A stretch of 64,000 nt of DNA from an uncultured Chloroflexia bacterium (GTDB taxonomy: Bacteria > Chloroflexota > Limnocylindria > Limnocylindrales > CSP1-4), in the NCBI GenBank assembly GCA_963802165.1, contig CAWDHT010000020.1:17333-81332 (forward strand), given 5' to 3'. Positions 18,319-26,891 of this stretch are shown piece by piece (position 1 is the first letter of the stretch; every line of letters starts with the position of its first letter). The notes below the pieces were generated by a model. The model was given only the letters and a program-made list of their open reading frames with translations. It was not told where the DNA came from and made no database searches. Position numbers and translations under genes: made by a program.

Positions 18319-18786
18319 ATGGACCCCGTGCTCGAGCCCCGCAAGACGATCGGCCTGGTGGCCCACGACAACATGAAGGCCGACCTCATCGAGTGGTGCC
18401 ACTACAACCGCGCGCTCCTCGTCTCCCACGACCTGGTCGCGACCGGGACGACCGGCACGCTGCTGGAGGAGGAGCTGCAGCACCCGGTCCGGCGCCTGCA
18501 GAGCGGCCCGCTCGGTGGCGACCAGCAGCTGGGCGCCCTGATCGCCCAGGGCGAGGTGGACCTGCTGGTGTTCTTCTGGGACCCGCTCGAGGCGCAGCCG
18601 CACGACCCCGACGTGAAGGCGCTCATTCGGCTGGCGGTCGTGTGGAACATCCCGGTTGCCTGCAACCGGGCGACCGCGGACTTCCTGGTGTCGTCGCCGC
18701 TCATGACGGGCAGCTACGTCCGCGCGACGCCGGACTTCGACGCGTACCTCAACCGGTTCTCGAAGGTCTCGCCGGAGACCACCTGA
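18319..18786 (+). CDS. mgsA: Methylglyoxal synthase
   Basis: ATG 18319 follows AGGAG. The sequence is KTIGLVAHDNMKADLIEWC...LVATGTTGTLL...LQSGPLGGDQQLGALIAQGEVDLLVFFWDPLEAQPHDPDVKALIRLAVVWNIPVACN. Confidence 0.9.
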   Translation: MDPVLEPRKTIGLVAHDNMKADLIEWCHYNRALLVSHDLVATGTTGTLLEEELQHPVRRLQSGPLGGDQQLGALIAQGEVDLLVFFWDPLEAQPHDPDVKALIRLAVVWNIPVACNRATADFLVSSPLMTGSYVRATPDFDAYLNRFSKVSPETT

Positions 18787-18916
18787 CGCCGGCGGTTGTG
18801 ACGGTGCCCGATGCTGTCCCACGTCCGGTCCCGATTGCACCCTTCACCGCGGGTCCAGATGGCGTCATGCTCTGGGCAGCCCGGATCACGGGCAGGGGTA
18901 GCGCGGGAGGTCACCG

Positions 18917-19573
18917 ATGGCCACGGACCTGATGATCGGGATGGCCCACCAGCCCGGCACGCTGGCTGCCGCGTGCGACGCCCTCGGCCGCGCCGGGGTG
19001 AACATCGAGGGGGCCTTCGGTACCGTCATCGACGGCCAACCCGCACTGCACGTCCTCGTCGCAGAATCCGGGCACGCCACGCGCGCCCTCGTCGACGCCG
19101 GCTTCGACATCCTCGCCCAGCGCCAGGTCCTGGCGATACCGGTCGAGAACCGGCCAGGGGCCGGGGCTGCACTGCTCCGGCGGATCACCGACGCCGGCGT
19201 GAGCCTTGACCTCATGTACACGACGCTGGATGGCCGGCTGGTGCTGGGCTCGGAGGACCTGGCCGGCCTGCGGACCGCCATCGGGACTAGCGGCGGGGTC
19301 CCACGACCTGATCGCGGGCCGTGGTCAGCGCTTGTCCTTCGGGTTCACCCGGTCCGGCAGGCGCCCGGCATCGACCAACGCCCGGCGGAGGATGAACTCC
19401 ACCTGGCCGTTGACCGACCGGAGGTCGTCCGCGGCCCAGCGCTGGAGGGCCGCGTACGTCTCGGGGTCGAGGCGGAGCAGGAACGGCTTGCGCTCGGCCA
19501 TCGTGGTGGCTCCCGGCCCATCGAACCCGCTCCGCCGTCGGTCGCGGCTACTGGTACAGCGTCCCGGCGTTGA
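18917..19573 (+). CDS. ACT-domain protein (two ACT repeats); the last ~90 codons of the ORF are probably not genuine
   Basis: [34 protein letters not shown]...[31 protein letters not shown]...[16 protein letters not shown] is family-like. After ~19290 the frame is antisense to a well-supported Arc-like gene. Confidence 0.6.
   Translation: MATDLMIGMAHQPGTLAAACDALGRAGVNIEGAFGTVIDGQPALHVLVAESGHATRALVDAGFDILAQRQVLAIPVENRPGAGAALLRRITDAGVSLDLMYTTLDGRLVLGSEDLAGLRTAIGTSGGVPRPDRGPWSALVLRVHPVRQAPGIDQRPAEDELHLAVDRPEVVRGPALEGRVRLGVEAEQERLALGHRGGSRPIEPAPPSVAATGTASRR
19325..19501 (-). CDS. Arc/MetJ-type ribbon-helix-helix DNA-binding protein (58 aa)
   Basis: This was found by hand because it falls below the ORF-track cutoff. 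The protein is [63 protein letters not shown] lies upstream of ATG 19501. The gene sits directly downstream of the SPFH gene, a pairing I recall as common in actinobacteria. Confidence 0.7.
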   Translation of the reverse strand: MAERKPFLLRLDPETYAALQRWAADDLRSVNGQVEFILRRALVDAGRLPDRVNPKDKR

Positions 19574-20451
19574 CCACCGGCTGCGTCTCGTGCTCCGAGC
19601 ACAGGACGACCAGCAGGTTGCTCACCATCTGCGCCTTGCGCTCCTCGTCCAGCTCCACGACGTTCTTCGCGGACAGCATCTCGAGGGCCATCTCCACCAT
19701 GCCGACGGCACCCTCGACGATCCGCGTGCGCGCCGCGATCACGGCGTTGGCCTGCTGGCGGCGGAGCATCGCATTGGCGATCTCGGGGGCGTACGCGAGG
19801 TGGCTGATCCGGGCCTCGATCACCGTGACGCCGGCCTTCTCGAGCCGGTCCTGGATCTCCTGTCGCAGCTGGTCGCTGATCGACACCCTGGCTGGAGCGC
19901 AGCGCAAGGTCGCCCTCGACATGCGCGTCGTACGGGTGGGAGGTGGCGAGGTTCCGGAGCGCCGACTCGGCCTGGACGTGCACGAAGTTCTCGTAGTCGT
20001 CCACCTCGAACAGCGCCTCGGCCGTGTCGGTGACCATCCAGACCACGACGGCCGCGATCTCGATCGGATTGCCGGTCTGGTCGTTGACCTTGAGCTTGGA
20101 CGTCTCGAAGTTGCGGACCTTGACCGAGATCCTGCGGCGATCAGTGAACGGGTTCACCCACTGGAGCCCCTGCTTGCGGAGCGTGCCACGGTAGTTGCCG
20201 AACAGCACCAGTGCGCGCGCCTCGTTGGGGTTGACCGGGGTGAGGCCGACGAAGCCCACGATCACGACGACCAGCAGGCCGACCAGGAGCAGCAGGCCCA
20301 GCATGTCGAGCCCGGTGGCGCTTTCACCGGCGGGCACGAGGACGGCACCGATGTAGAAGATCATCCCGACAGCGACGGCGATCACCGCGACGACCAGCGC
20401 CAGCAGCATGGGGATGCCGGGCAGCGACCCGGCGGCTCGTTCCTTGTTCAT
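19548..20451 (-). pseudogene. SPFH/Band-7 (stomatin-prohibitin-like) membrane protein, frameshifted
   Basis: The N-terminal 2/3 is in ORF 19345..20451 (TM segments, [22 protein letters not shown]...[18 protein letters not shown]...[17 protein letters not shown]). The C-terminal 1/3 is in ORF 19548..19922 ([46 protein letters not shown]...[12 protein letters not shown]). The junction at ~19885 lies in a ggtgtc context, consistent with loss of one gt from ggtgtgtc. Confidence 0.75.
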
Positions 20452-20489
20452 CGACCCTGCACTCCTTCGCGCCGATCACTCAGGGCGCG

Positions 20490-20511
20490 ATCAGAATGAT
20501 ATCACTCTGAT
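20490..20511. promoter_or_regulatory. Inverted repeat ATCAGA-N10-TCTGAT in a locally AT-rich patch upstream of the SPFH/Arc operon (candidate operator)
   Basis: The sequence is atcagaatgatatcactctgat. It is the only clearly AT-rich stretch in the 114-bp spacer 20452-20565. Confidence 0.3.
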
Positions 20512-20565
20512 ACAAGTGGAACAGGGCCGGATGGCCGTTTCGGAGCCCGCGAGCGGGACGGGTCC

Positions 20566-21429
20566 CTACGGGCGGGCGCGGAGGAAGGAGGCGCCCATCA
20601 GGTCCGGACCCAGGTGTGGGCCGGTTGACGCGCCGATGATCCCCACGGTGACCTTGGCCGCGTCCACGCCGCCGGGGATGGCGGCGAGCAGTTGCGTGCG
20701 GAAGTCCGCGACCTCCTCCTCGGTGCTCGTCGGTGTGTGCAGGATCGAGAGGCGCTCGATGGGCGCCTTGGCGATGTTCCGGATCACCGTGGCCCGGGCC
20801 TTGGCCCGACTGCGTTCCTTGTCGGCCATCACGACGAGACCGTCGGTCACGGTGATGATCGGCTTCACGGAGAGGATCGTTCCCACCACGGCCCGCGTCG
20901 CGGAGAGGCGGCCGCCCTTGCGCAGGTACTCGAGGCCATCCGCGGCCACGAACAGGTCCATGTCCGGCAGGCGCCGGGTGACCTCGTCCGCGATCTCCTT
21001 CGCCGACACGCCGGCCCCGGCCATCTCTGCCGCCATGAGCGCGGGAACGCCCGTGGACATCGACGTCGAGCCGGTGTCGATCACATGGATGTCGCGGTCC
21101 GGCATCGCCTGCGCCGCCAGGGTGGCGCTCTGGAAGGTCGCGGACAGCTTCTGGCCGATCGTGGGGCAGACGATCGCCGCCGCACCCGCCTCGAACGCGG
21201 CATTGAAGGCGTTCGTGAAGTCGCCCGGCGAGGGTGCCGCCGTCGTCGGGAAGGCAGCGCCGGCCGCGAGGAGCTTCTGCCAGAACTGCTCCGTGCTGAG
21301 GTCAACGCCCGCGCGGTACTCATCCGATCCGAAGCGGACGTAGAGGGGGACCACGGTGATCCCGGCCGAGGCGGCCTGCTCCGGCGTGAGGTCCGCGGTT
21401 GAGTCGGTCAGGATCGCGACGCTGGCCAA
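20566..21429 (-). CDS. DegV family fatty-acid-binding protein
   Basis: TTG 21429 lies 6 nt after GGAGGA. The sequence is VAILTDSTADLTPEQAASAGITVVPLYVRFG...VIDTGSTSMSTG...LEYLRKGGRLS...SVKPIITV. Confidence 0.85.
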   Translation of the reverse strand: MASVAILTDSTADLTPEQAASAGITVVPLYVRFGSDEYRAGVDLSTEQFWQKLLAAGAAFPTTAAPSPGDFTNAFNAAFEAGAAAIVCPTIGQKLSATFQSATLAAQAMPDRDIHVIDTGSTSMSTGVPALMAAEMAGAGVSAKEIADEVTRRLPDMDLFVAADGLEYLRKGGRLSATRAVVGTILSVKPIITVTDGLVVMADKERSRAKARATVIRNIAKAPIERLSILHTPTSTEEEVADFRTQLLAAIPGGVDAAKVTVGIIGASTGPHLGPDLMGASFLRARP

Positions 21430-21729
21430 GGTGGGTCCTCCGGTGACGTGGGACCAAGAGCATACGACTCCCGGTGGAGGGTTCGGTGCCGGATCGCGGC
21501 GTGGATCCCGGGCGATGGCTCCTCCCCGTCCCTCGACCGGCCCCCGGTGGCGCGTGTGGACCGGTGAAGTGCCAGCCGGCTCGGGGGCGCGGGCCGGGCG
21601 TCGTGGACGGCCTTGCCCACTGGTCCCCGTCACGGACCGGGCGGCCCTATGGCGGGATCCGTTCCCGTCATCACCATTCCCGATGCGGGCGGAGGCCGGC
21701 GTGTGCCGGCCCCGGCCCATGGAGGCGAC

Positions 21730-22227
21730 ATGACGCGCATCATCCGGGAGCTCGGACCCCTGGCGATCGTCGCCGTCGTGGTCGGGGCCGTGACGCTCTG
21801 GCTGCTGGAGACGAACCCGGGTGTCGGCCGCTGGCTGCTCGCGGCCATCCTGTTCGGCCACGGCTGGGTGCACCTCATGTTCCTGTTCCCGAAGCCGGGC
21901 GCCACCCAAGGCGACAAGCCCGCGGTGGATTGGCCGTTCGACCTCCGGGGTTCCTGGCTTACCGCCCGCGTCGGGTCCAGGCCCGGGGCGTTCGCTGCCG
22001 TGGGACGGGTGGTCGCGGTCGTGACGTTCGTGCTGGCCATCCTTGCCGCGCTCGCGACGGCCGGGATCCTGGTTCCGGCAGCCTGGTGGCAAGGTCTGGT
22101 CGTGGCATCCTCGCTGGCGTCACTGGCCATGCTCGCGGTGTGGTTCGCGCCGATGCTGCTGCTCGGCATCCTGATCGACATCGGGCTCATCTGGCTGGCG
22201 CTCGCCGGTCCGTGGAGCCCTGCTTGA
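21730..22227 (+). CDS. Hypothetical integral membrane protein
   Basis: ATG 21730 follows GGAGG. It has 4-5 predicted TM segments (LGPLAIVAVVVGAVTLWLL, WLLAAILFGHGWVHLMFLF, and others). Confidence 0.6.
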   Translation: MTRIIRELGPLAIVAVVVGAVTLWLLETNPGVGRWLLAAILFGHGWVHLMFLFPKPGATQGDKPAVDWPFDLRGSWLTARVGSRPGAFAAVGRVVAVVTFVLAILAALATAGILVPAAWWQGLVVASSLASLAMLAVWFAPMLLLGILIDIGLIWLALAGPWSPA

Positions 22228-22889
22228 ACGCGCGGGGCACGCGCCTTGGCGGGTCGGCGTCCGGACGCGTGACCGCCCTAGGTGGTGCCGGGGCGTTGAT
22301 GTTCGCGGCCGGCGCGATCATCCTCATGGGGATCATCACGGCGGAGGCGCTCTACCCTGCCCCGTACACGACCGGCGGCAGCGAGATCAGCGACCTGGGC
22401 GGCACCCGGCCCCCGGAGGGGCTGGTGCTGCAGCCGTCCGCAACGATCTTCGACCTGTCGATGATCGTCGTGGGGGCGATGATCGTCGCCGCCTCGCTGC
22501 TGGTTCACCGGGGCTTCGGCCGCCGGGCGGTCACCATCCCGCTCCTGGTGCTCGGCGTCGGCGCCCTGGGCGTCGGCGTCTTCCCCGGCAACACCGGCAC
22601 CCCCCATGCGCTGTTCGCGATGGCCACGTTCATCGCCGGCGGGGTCGCGTGCGTCTCAGGCGGGCTGGTCACCCACGGACCGTTCCGCTGGCTCTCCGTG
22701 GTGTGTGGCGTGGTTGCCCTGCTGACCCTCGCCAGCTACATGGTCATGCAGGATGCCGCGCCACTCGCCGTGCTCGGCACCGGCGGGGTGGAGCGCTGGA
22801 TCGTGTATCCGATCGTGCTCTGGGTCACCGGGTTCGGGGGCTACCTCGCCGGAACGGCGGAGGCGGGCCGCGCGACAGTGGCAGGATGA
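22224..22889 (+). CDS. DUF998-like integral membrane protein
   Basis: The sequence is hydrophobic, with YPAPYTTGGSEISDLGG near the N-terminus as in DUF998. The start is uncertain: TTG 22224 (overlapping the previous stop as TTGA), GTG 22269 or ATG 22299. Confidence 0.55.
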   Translation: MNARGTRLGGSASGRVTALGGAGALMFAAGAIILMGIITAEALYPAPYTTGGSEISDLGGTRPPEGLVLQPSATIFDLSMIVVGAMIVAASLLVHRGFGRRAVTIPLLVLGVGALGVGVFPGNTGTPHALFAMATFIAGGVACVSGGLVTHGPFRWLSVVCGVVALLTLASYMVMQDAAPLAVLGTGGVERWIVYPIVLWVTGFGGYLAGTAEAGRATVAG

Positions 22890-23116
22890 CAACCAGGCGC
22901 CAGAACCTGGCCCTCGCCGACGTGGCGGGGCTGCCGTTCTGGGACACCGGCTTCGACCTCGTCGTGACCTCGTTCTCGGCCCACCACCGCTTCGAGACCG
23001 GATCGACGGGCACCGATGGAGCCCTCGCCGTGTTCGAGGCTCCCGAGACCAGCACGTGCAGGGGCATCGGGCCGTGGGCGCTGGCACGGCGCGTGGAGCT
23101 CAGGAAACCCGGCTGA
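22886..23116 (+). pseudogene. Fragment of a class I SAM-dependent methyltransferase (lacks motif I)
   Basis: This 76-codon ORF contains ADVAGLPFWDTGFDLVVTSFSAHH and ...ARRVELRKPG. These resemble the post-I/II and RVLKPGG regions of Methyltransf_11 proteins. No GxGxG SAM-binding motif precedes them. Confidence 0.35.
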
Positions 23117-23137
23117 TCAGGCTCGACCGCCCCCGAT

Positions 23138-24268
23138 TTGGGGCGATTGCCCGAGAGGACCGATACTACGGCCGTGACCTACGACCTCTTCATCCTGCCG
23201 GCCGACCGAGCGCTCACCGTCGACGAGGCTGCCGCCATCGTCGATCGCTCGGGCGGGTTCCCGTTCGGGTTCGGCCACGACAAGCGCCTTGACCCGTTCA
23301 TCGCGTCCATGGAGCGCCGGTACGGGCGGCTCCGCGGGCTCAATGCCACGCCGCCGTTCGAGTTCGACGTCGTCCGCTCGCACGTGTTCATCGGCATCCC
23401 GTGGATCGGCGTGGAGGAGGTCGTGACCGCCGTGGGCGAGGCGGCCTTCGAGGCGGGCGTCGCGGTCTGGGACCCGCAGCGCGCCGTGGTCGGCCTGCCC
23501 GCCCCGCACGGCGAGGCCCCGATGACGGCCGATGGCACCGAGGTCCACGTCCATCGGGCCGAGACTGCCTTCGCGGCGATCGAGCAGGGCGCGGCATCGT
23601 CGGAGCCGGGCGATGCCGGGGAGGGGTTCGGCACGGCGCCGGTGGAGCCGGGCGATGCCGACGGGTCAGCCGAGCCCGAGACCGAGCCCGAGCCCGAAGC
23701 CGAGTCCGAGCCTGAGCCCAATGCGGTGCGCAAGACCGCGTTCCCGCAGATGAGCCCGCTCGGCTTCGAGATCACGCCGGAGCTCGCGGCGGAGTTCGCC
23801 GCGGACCCGCGGCGGATGCCCAGCAGCCTCCAGACCCCGGAGCTGCGGGACTCGCTCCTTGCGTCACTCGCGGAAGGCCGCGTCGGGGACCGACACGCCG
23901 CGATCACGCGACTCGCGGGCTGGGACCCCGATCCGCTCGTGCCGCCCGCGCTGCGGCCCCTGCTGGCGTCAGATGACGTGTTCGAAGCAAGCCGCGCCGC
24001 GTCAGGCCTCGCCCGCCAGCGGGACATCACGGACCTGCCGGCGCTCCTGGACCTGGTCTACCGGCTCTCGCCGGCGGACGGCGGGACGGCGGGTTCGATG
24101 CTCGAGCCGCTGCGAGCCACGCTGGACCTCGCGGTGCTGGCGGGACCGGAGATCGTCGAGGGAGTCCGGTCGCGTGCCCGCACCTGGCGAGCGGCCGGGT
24201 CCGCTGCGCGGCGGTCGTGGGAGCGGGACCAGGACCGCGAGCTGGACGCGCTGCTCGCAACGTCGTAG
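23138..24268 (+). CDS. Hypothetical protein with an acidic EP-repeat linker and a HEAT-like C-terminal region
   Basis: Codon bias is good. There is a low-complexity EPETEPEPEAESEPEP stretch. The C-terminal helical repeats (LASLAEGRVGDRHAAITRLAG, LLASDDVFEASRAASGLARQ) resemble HEAT/PBS repeats. The start is TTG 23138 or GTG 23174. Confidence 0.5.
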   Translation: MGRLPERTDTTAVTYDLFILPADRALTVDEAAAIVDRSGGFPFGFGHDKRLDPFIASMERRYGRLRGLNATPPFEFDVVRSHVFIGIPWIGVEEVVTAVGEAAFEAGVAVWDPQRAVVGLPAPHGEAPMTADGTEVHVHRAETAFAAIEQGAASSEPGDAGEGFGTAPVEPGDADGSAEPETEPEPEAESEPEPNAVRKTAFPQMSPLGFEITPELAAEFAADPRRMPSSLQTPELRDSLLASLAEGRVGDRHAAITRLAGWDPDPLVPPALRPLLASDDVFEASRAASGLARQRDITDLPALLDLVYRLSPADGGTAGSMLEPLRATLDLAVLAGPEIVEGVRSRARTWRAAGSAARRSWERDQDRELDALLATS

Positions 24269-24376
24269 CGGGCGTTCGCAGCCGACCCTGCCTGGGCCCC
24301 TTGACCGATGGCGGACGATGGAGCGCACCGGCCCGGTCCCTCGACCGGAGCGCCGTGGTCGCGTCCCGGAGTCGCC

Positions 24377-24652
24377 ATGCTCGTGTCCCCGTTCCCGGCC
24401 TCGGTCCTGCGGGCCCCCTCGACCGACGCCGCCTGCACCTGCAGCCACTCGATCCACTGCAACTGTGACTGTCACGGCATCTCCTGCGACCCCACCGAGG
24501 CCGCCTGCGACGTCGCCTACCTGGCGGACGAAGGCGGGCTGACGCCGTGGGGCTGCCCGGACTGCACCCCGGGCCAGCGGTCCCCGCACCTGCTGGGCTG
24601 CGAGCTGATCGGGTGGAACGTGCCGATGCCGCAGGCGCTCGGGCCGGCCTGA
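24377..24652 (+). CDS. Small Cys/His-rich protein (91 aa, 10 Cys)
   Basis: ATG 24377 lies 6 nt after GGAG. Third-position GC is strongly biased. The Cys/His cluster is CTCSHSIHCNCDCHGISC...C...CPDC...C. I recognise no family. Confidence 0.5.
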   Translation: MLVSPFPASVLRAPSTDAACTCSHSIHCNCDCHGISCDPTEAACDVAYLADEGGLTPWGCPDCTPGQRSPHLLGCELIGWNVPMPQALGPA

Positions 24653-24678
24653 CCCGGCCCGACCCGGGGCCGCGAAGG

Positions 24679-26268
24679 CTAGGGGCAGGTCCCGGGCCGG
24701 GCGTCGATGCGGTAGACCGGGACGCGGTACGCCGCGGTGGGTGCGAGTGCGCCGATGTCAACGGTCAGCGCCCTGGTCACGGTGTACTGCTCGCGGATCG
24801 CCTCCATGTGGGGCTCCTTGAGCGGCAGCATGAACACCGGACGGGAGCAGACCAGCGAGGCGATCCGCGCCTCGCGCGTGCCCCAGCCGTCGTAGACGAT
24901 GTTGGTGTCGTCCACGATGAGCACGTCGGGCCGCTCGCCGAGCACCAGCTGCGCATGCAACAGGGGCCAGGACGGTCCCCAGAACGAGAGGATCGCGGCG
25001 TCTTCCGGCAGGGCCGCGAACATCGCGTCAACGTAGGTTCGGGCGGAGGTGTCGGCACTCCGGTCCGCCGTCGGCAGGTTGAGCGCGACCAGCGCCACCG
25101 CCAGCACCGCCGCGACGATCACCGTCGCCGGACCGGCGGCGCGCCCGGCCCGGCCCGGCAGGCGTGCTTCGGCCGCGCGTGCGGCCCCTTCGAGCGCGAC
25201 GGCGGCGCCGATGCCCAGCAACAGCCACGGGATCAGCAGGTAATGCGGAAGGCGCAGGTAGTTCGCCCAGACGTAGATCCCCACCAGCAGCGTGCCCGCG
25301 CAGGCCAGCCCGAACGCCGGCCGGCGGACAACGAGGATCGCGAGGCCGACAAGGCCAAGGACCGGCACGAGGGCCGTCGCTGCCGACAGCGCGGTTGACC
25401 AGAGCTCGGGCAGGCCGTCAGCGAGGACGCCAAGGCTTGCGACGGTGAACAGCCCGCCGTACTGGCCGCGGAACTGCTCCCCGGTCACCAGGAATCGGAA
25501 GGCCTCGAAGGTCGTCGGGTGGTTGTAGGCGAGGGGCGGCGAGAGGCTCGCCGCGATGGGGATGTACAGGTACACGGCCAGCCCCGCGAGCCCAGCCAGC
25601 ACCGGTGCCAGGATCAGGCGCTTCCGCTCCAGCAGCGTGGAACGGCCCTCCCACAGGGCGAACAGGACGAAGAACGGGGCAACGAACGCCGTGAGGAGGT
25701 GGTTGCCGAGGGACAGGCCGACGAGCAGGCCGCCGAGGGCGAGGTCCCGCGTGCGCCGCTCGTCCACCCACGCCAGCGAGCGGTCCACGATCAGCGCGAT
25801 GAACGCGAGGTGGAGCCCGTTGACCTCTGCGACCACCGCTGACGCCCAGACCGTCCCGATCGCGCCCGTCGCGACCGACGCTGCCACGGCGATCGCCGGG
25901 CGGACGCCGAGGCGCAGCGTCGTCGACGTCATCGCGGCCAGCGCCACGGCGACGCAGACGGCGGCGAGCAGGTTCGCCCGGAAGGCGACCGAGCCGATCG
26001 GCAGCAGCTCGAACAGCCAGGCCGTGAGGATGTAGGTGGGGTAGCCGGTGGGATGCGAGATGCCGAGGACGTGGGGCACGGTCTGCAGCTCGCCCCAGTC
26101 GTCGAACGCCATGCCGGGCAGGAGGGTCCGCAGGTAGAGCGCGAGCGAGACGGCGAACACCACCAACGGCGCCAGGCGCACGGCGAGCGTCGGCGGGATC
26201 GGCTGGCCGGTCACCGCGTCGCGGCGTGCCGACGAGCCGATCGGCGGCCGGGTACGGACTGCTTGCAC
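24679..26268 (-). CDS. DUF2723 (TMEM260/GT-C-like) polytopic membrane glycosyltransferase-family protein
   Basis: The sequence YLRTLLPGMAFDDWGELQTVPHVLGISHPTGYPTYILTAWLF is followed by ~10 TM segments. The start was taken as GTG 26268. The long upstream extension of ORF 24679..26910 is Arg-rich and overlaps the phd gene. Confidence 0.75.
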   Translation of the reverse strand: MQAVRTRPPIGSSARRDAVTGQPIPPTLAVRLAPLVVFAVSLALYLRTLLPGMAFDDWGELQTVPHVLGISHPTGYPTYILTAWLFELLPIGSVAFRANLLAAVCVAVALAAMTSTTLRLGVRPAIAVAASVATGAIGTVWASAVVAEVNGLHLAFIALIVDRSLAWVDERRTRDLALGGLLVGLSLGNHLLTAFVAPFFVLFALWEGRSTLLERKRLILAPVLAGLAGLAVYLYIPIAASLSPPLAYNHPTTFEAFRFLVTGEQFRGQYGGLFTVASLGVLADGLPELWSTALSAATALVPVLGLVGLAILVVRRPAFGLACAGTLLVGIYVWANYLRLPHYLLIPWLLLGIGAAVALEGAARAAEARLPGRAGRAAGPATVIVAAVLAVALVALNLPTADRSADTSARTYVDAMFAALPEDAAILSFWGPSWPLLHAQLVLGERPDVLIVDDTNIVYDGWGTREARIASLVCSRPVFMLPLKEPHMEAIREQYTVTRALTVDIGALAPTAAYRVPVYRIDARPGTCP

Positions 26269-26314
26269 GCTGGGCAGGTCCTCGCGGGTGGTGGGCGCCG
26301 GTTGGCGCAGGGCG

Positions 26315-26396
26315 ATCCTAGTCGAGGATGCCGAACCGGCGGATCGTTGGTCAGCAGCTGGTGGAACCACCACGTAGGATCGAGGCGTCCTAGTAT
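26315..26396 (+). promoter_or_regulatory. Two related inverted repeats plus a TAGTAT -10-like hexamer just upstream of the phd antitoxin gene (candidate autoregulatory operator/promoter)
   Basis: The repeats are atcctagtcgaggat (26315-26329) and taggatcgaggcgtccta (26375-26392). TAGTAT at 26391-26396 lies 8 nt before ATG 26405. Confidence 0.3.
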
Positions 26397-26404
26397 GGTC
26401 GGGT

Positions 26405-26749
26405 ATGATATCCAGCATGAAGACCGTGACGCCCCTCGACCTCCGCCGGTCGCTGGGTTCCATCCTGGACGCCGCCTCCGCCGGTGAGCGGTTCCTCATC
26501 GAGCGCGACCATCGTCCGGTCGCCGTCCTGGTCTCCGTGGAGGACGGCCGGCGCCTCGAGGACGATGTGGAGGAGCGACGGCGACGGGCGCTGGCTGCGC
26601 TCGACCGGCTCCAGGCGCTGGGCGACGAGATGCGCCGGGGGCATCCGGGCGGTCCCTCGGCCGTCGACGCCATCCGCGCAGATCGGGATCGGGACGATGC
26701 CGGGTGGGTGGCGTGCGTGACGAGTTCGCGAGGGCTTCGGCCACCGTGA
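26405..26749 (+). CDS. Phd/YefM-family type II antitoxin (its 3' end reads into a foreign fragment)
   Basis: The sequence is MKTVTPLDLRRSLGSILDAASAGERFLIERDHRPVAVLVSVEDGRRLED...AVDAIRADRDRDD. The last ~16 codons (AGWVACVTSSRGLRPP) are antisense to a histidine-kinase fragment. Confidence 0.7.
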   Translation: MISSMKTVTPLDLRRSLGSILDAASAGERFLIERDHRPVAVLVSVEDGRRLEDDVEERRRRALAALDRLQALGDEMRRGHPGGPSAVDAIRADRDRDDAGWVACVTSSRGLRPP

Positions 26750-26873
26750 AGTAGGCGGTCGCCTCGATGTGCCGTGGCAGCCGCCGGGCCAGGTCGCAGC
26801 GGACCTCGACGGCGACGCCGGCGCGGCGACCGAGAGCGGAAACGGCCGCCGGCGGCCCGTCGTCCTCGAGCAA
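26712..26873 (-). pseudogene. Orphan ~54-codon fragment of a NarL-class (HisKA_3-type) sensor histidine kinase
   Basis: The minus-strand translation is LLEDDGPPAAVSALGRRAGVAVEVRCDLARRLPRHIEATAYFTVAEALANSSRT. It matches the ...RLPxxvEaaAYFvVaEALtNvaKH N-box region. Neither a H-box nor the G-boxes flank it. Confidence 0.55.
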
Positions 26874-26891
26874 CGCAGGTGTGGCGGTGAC

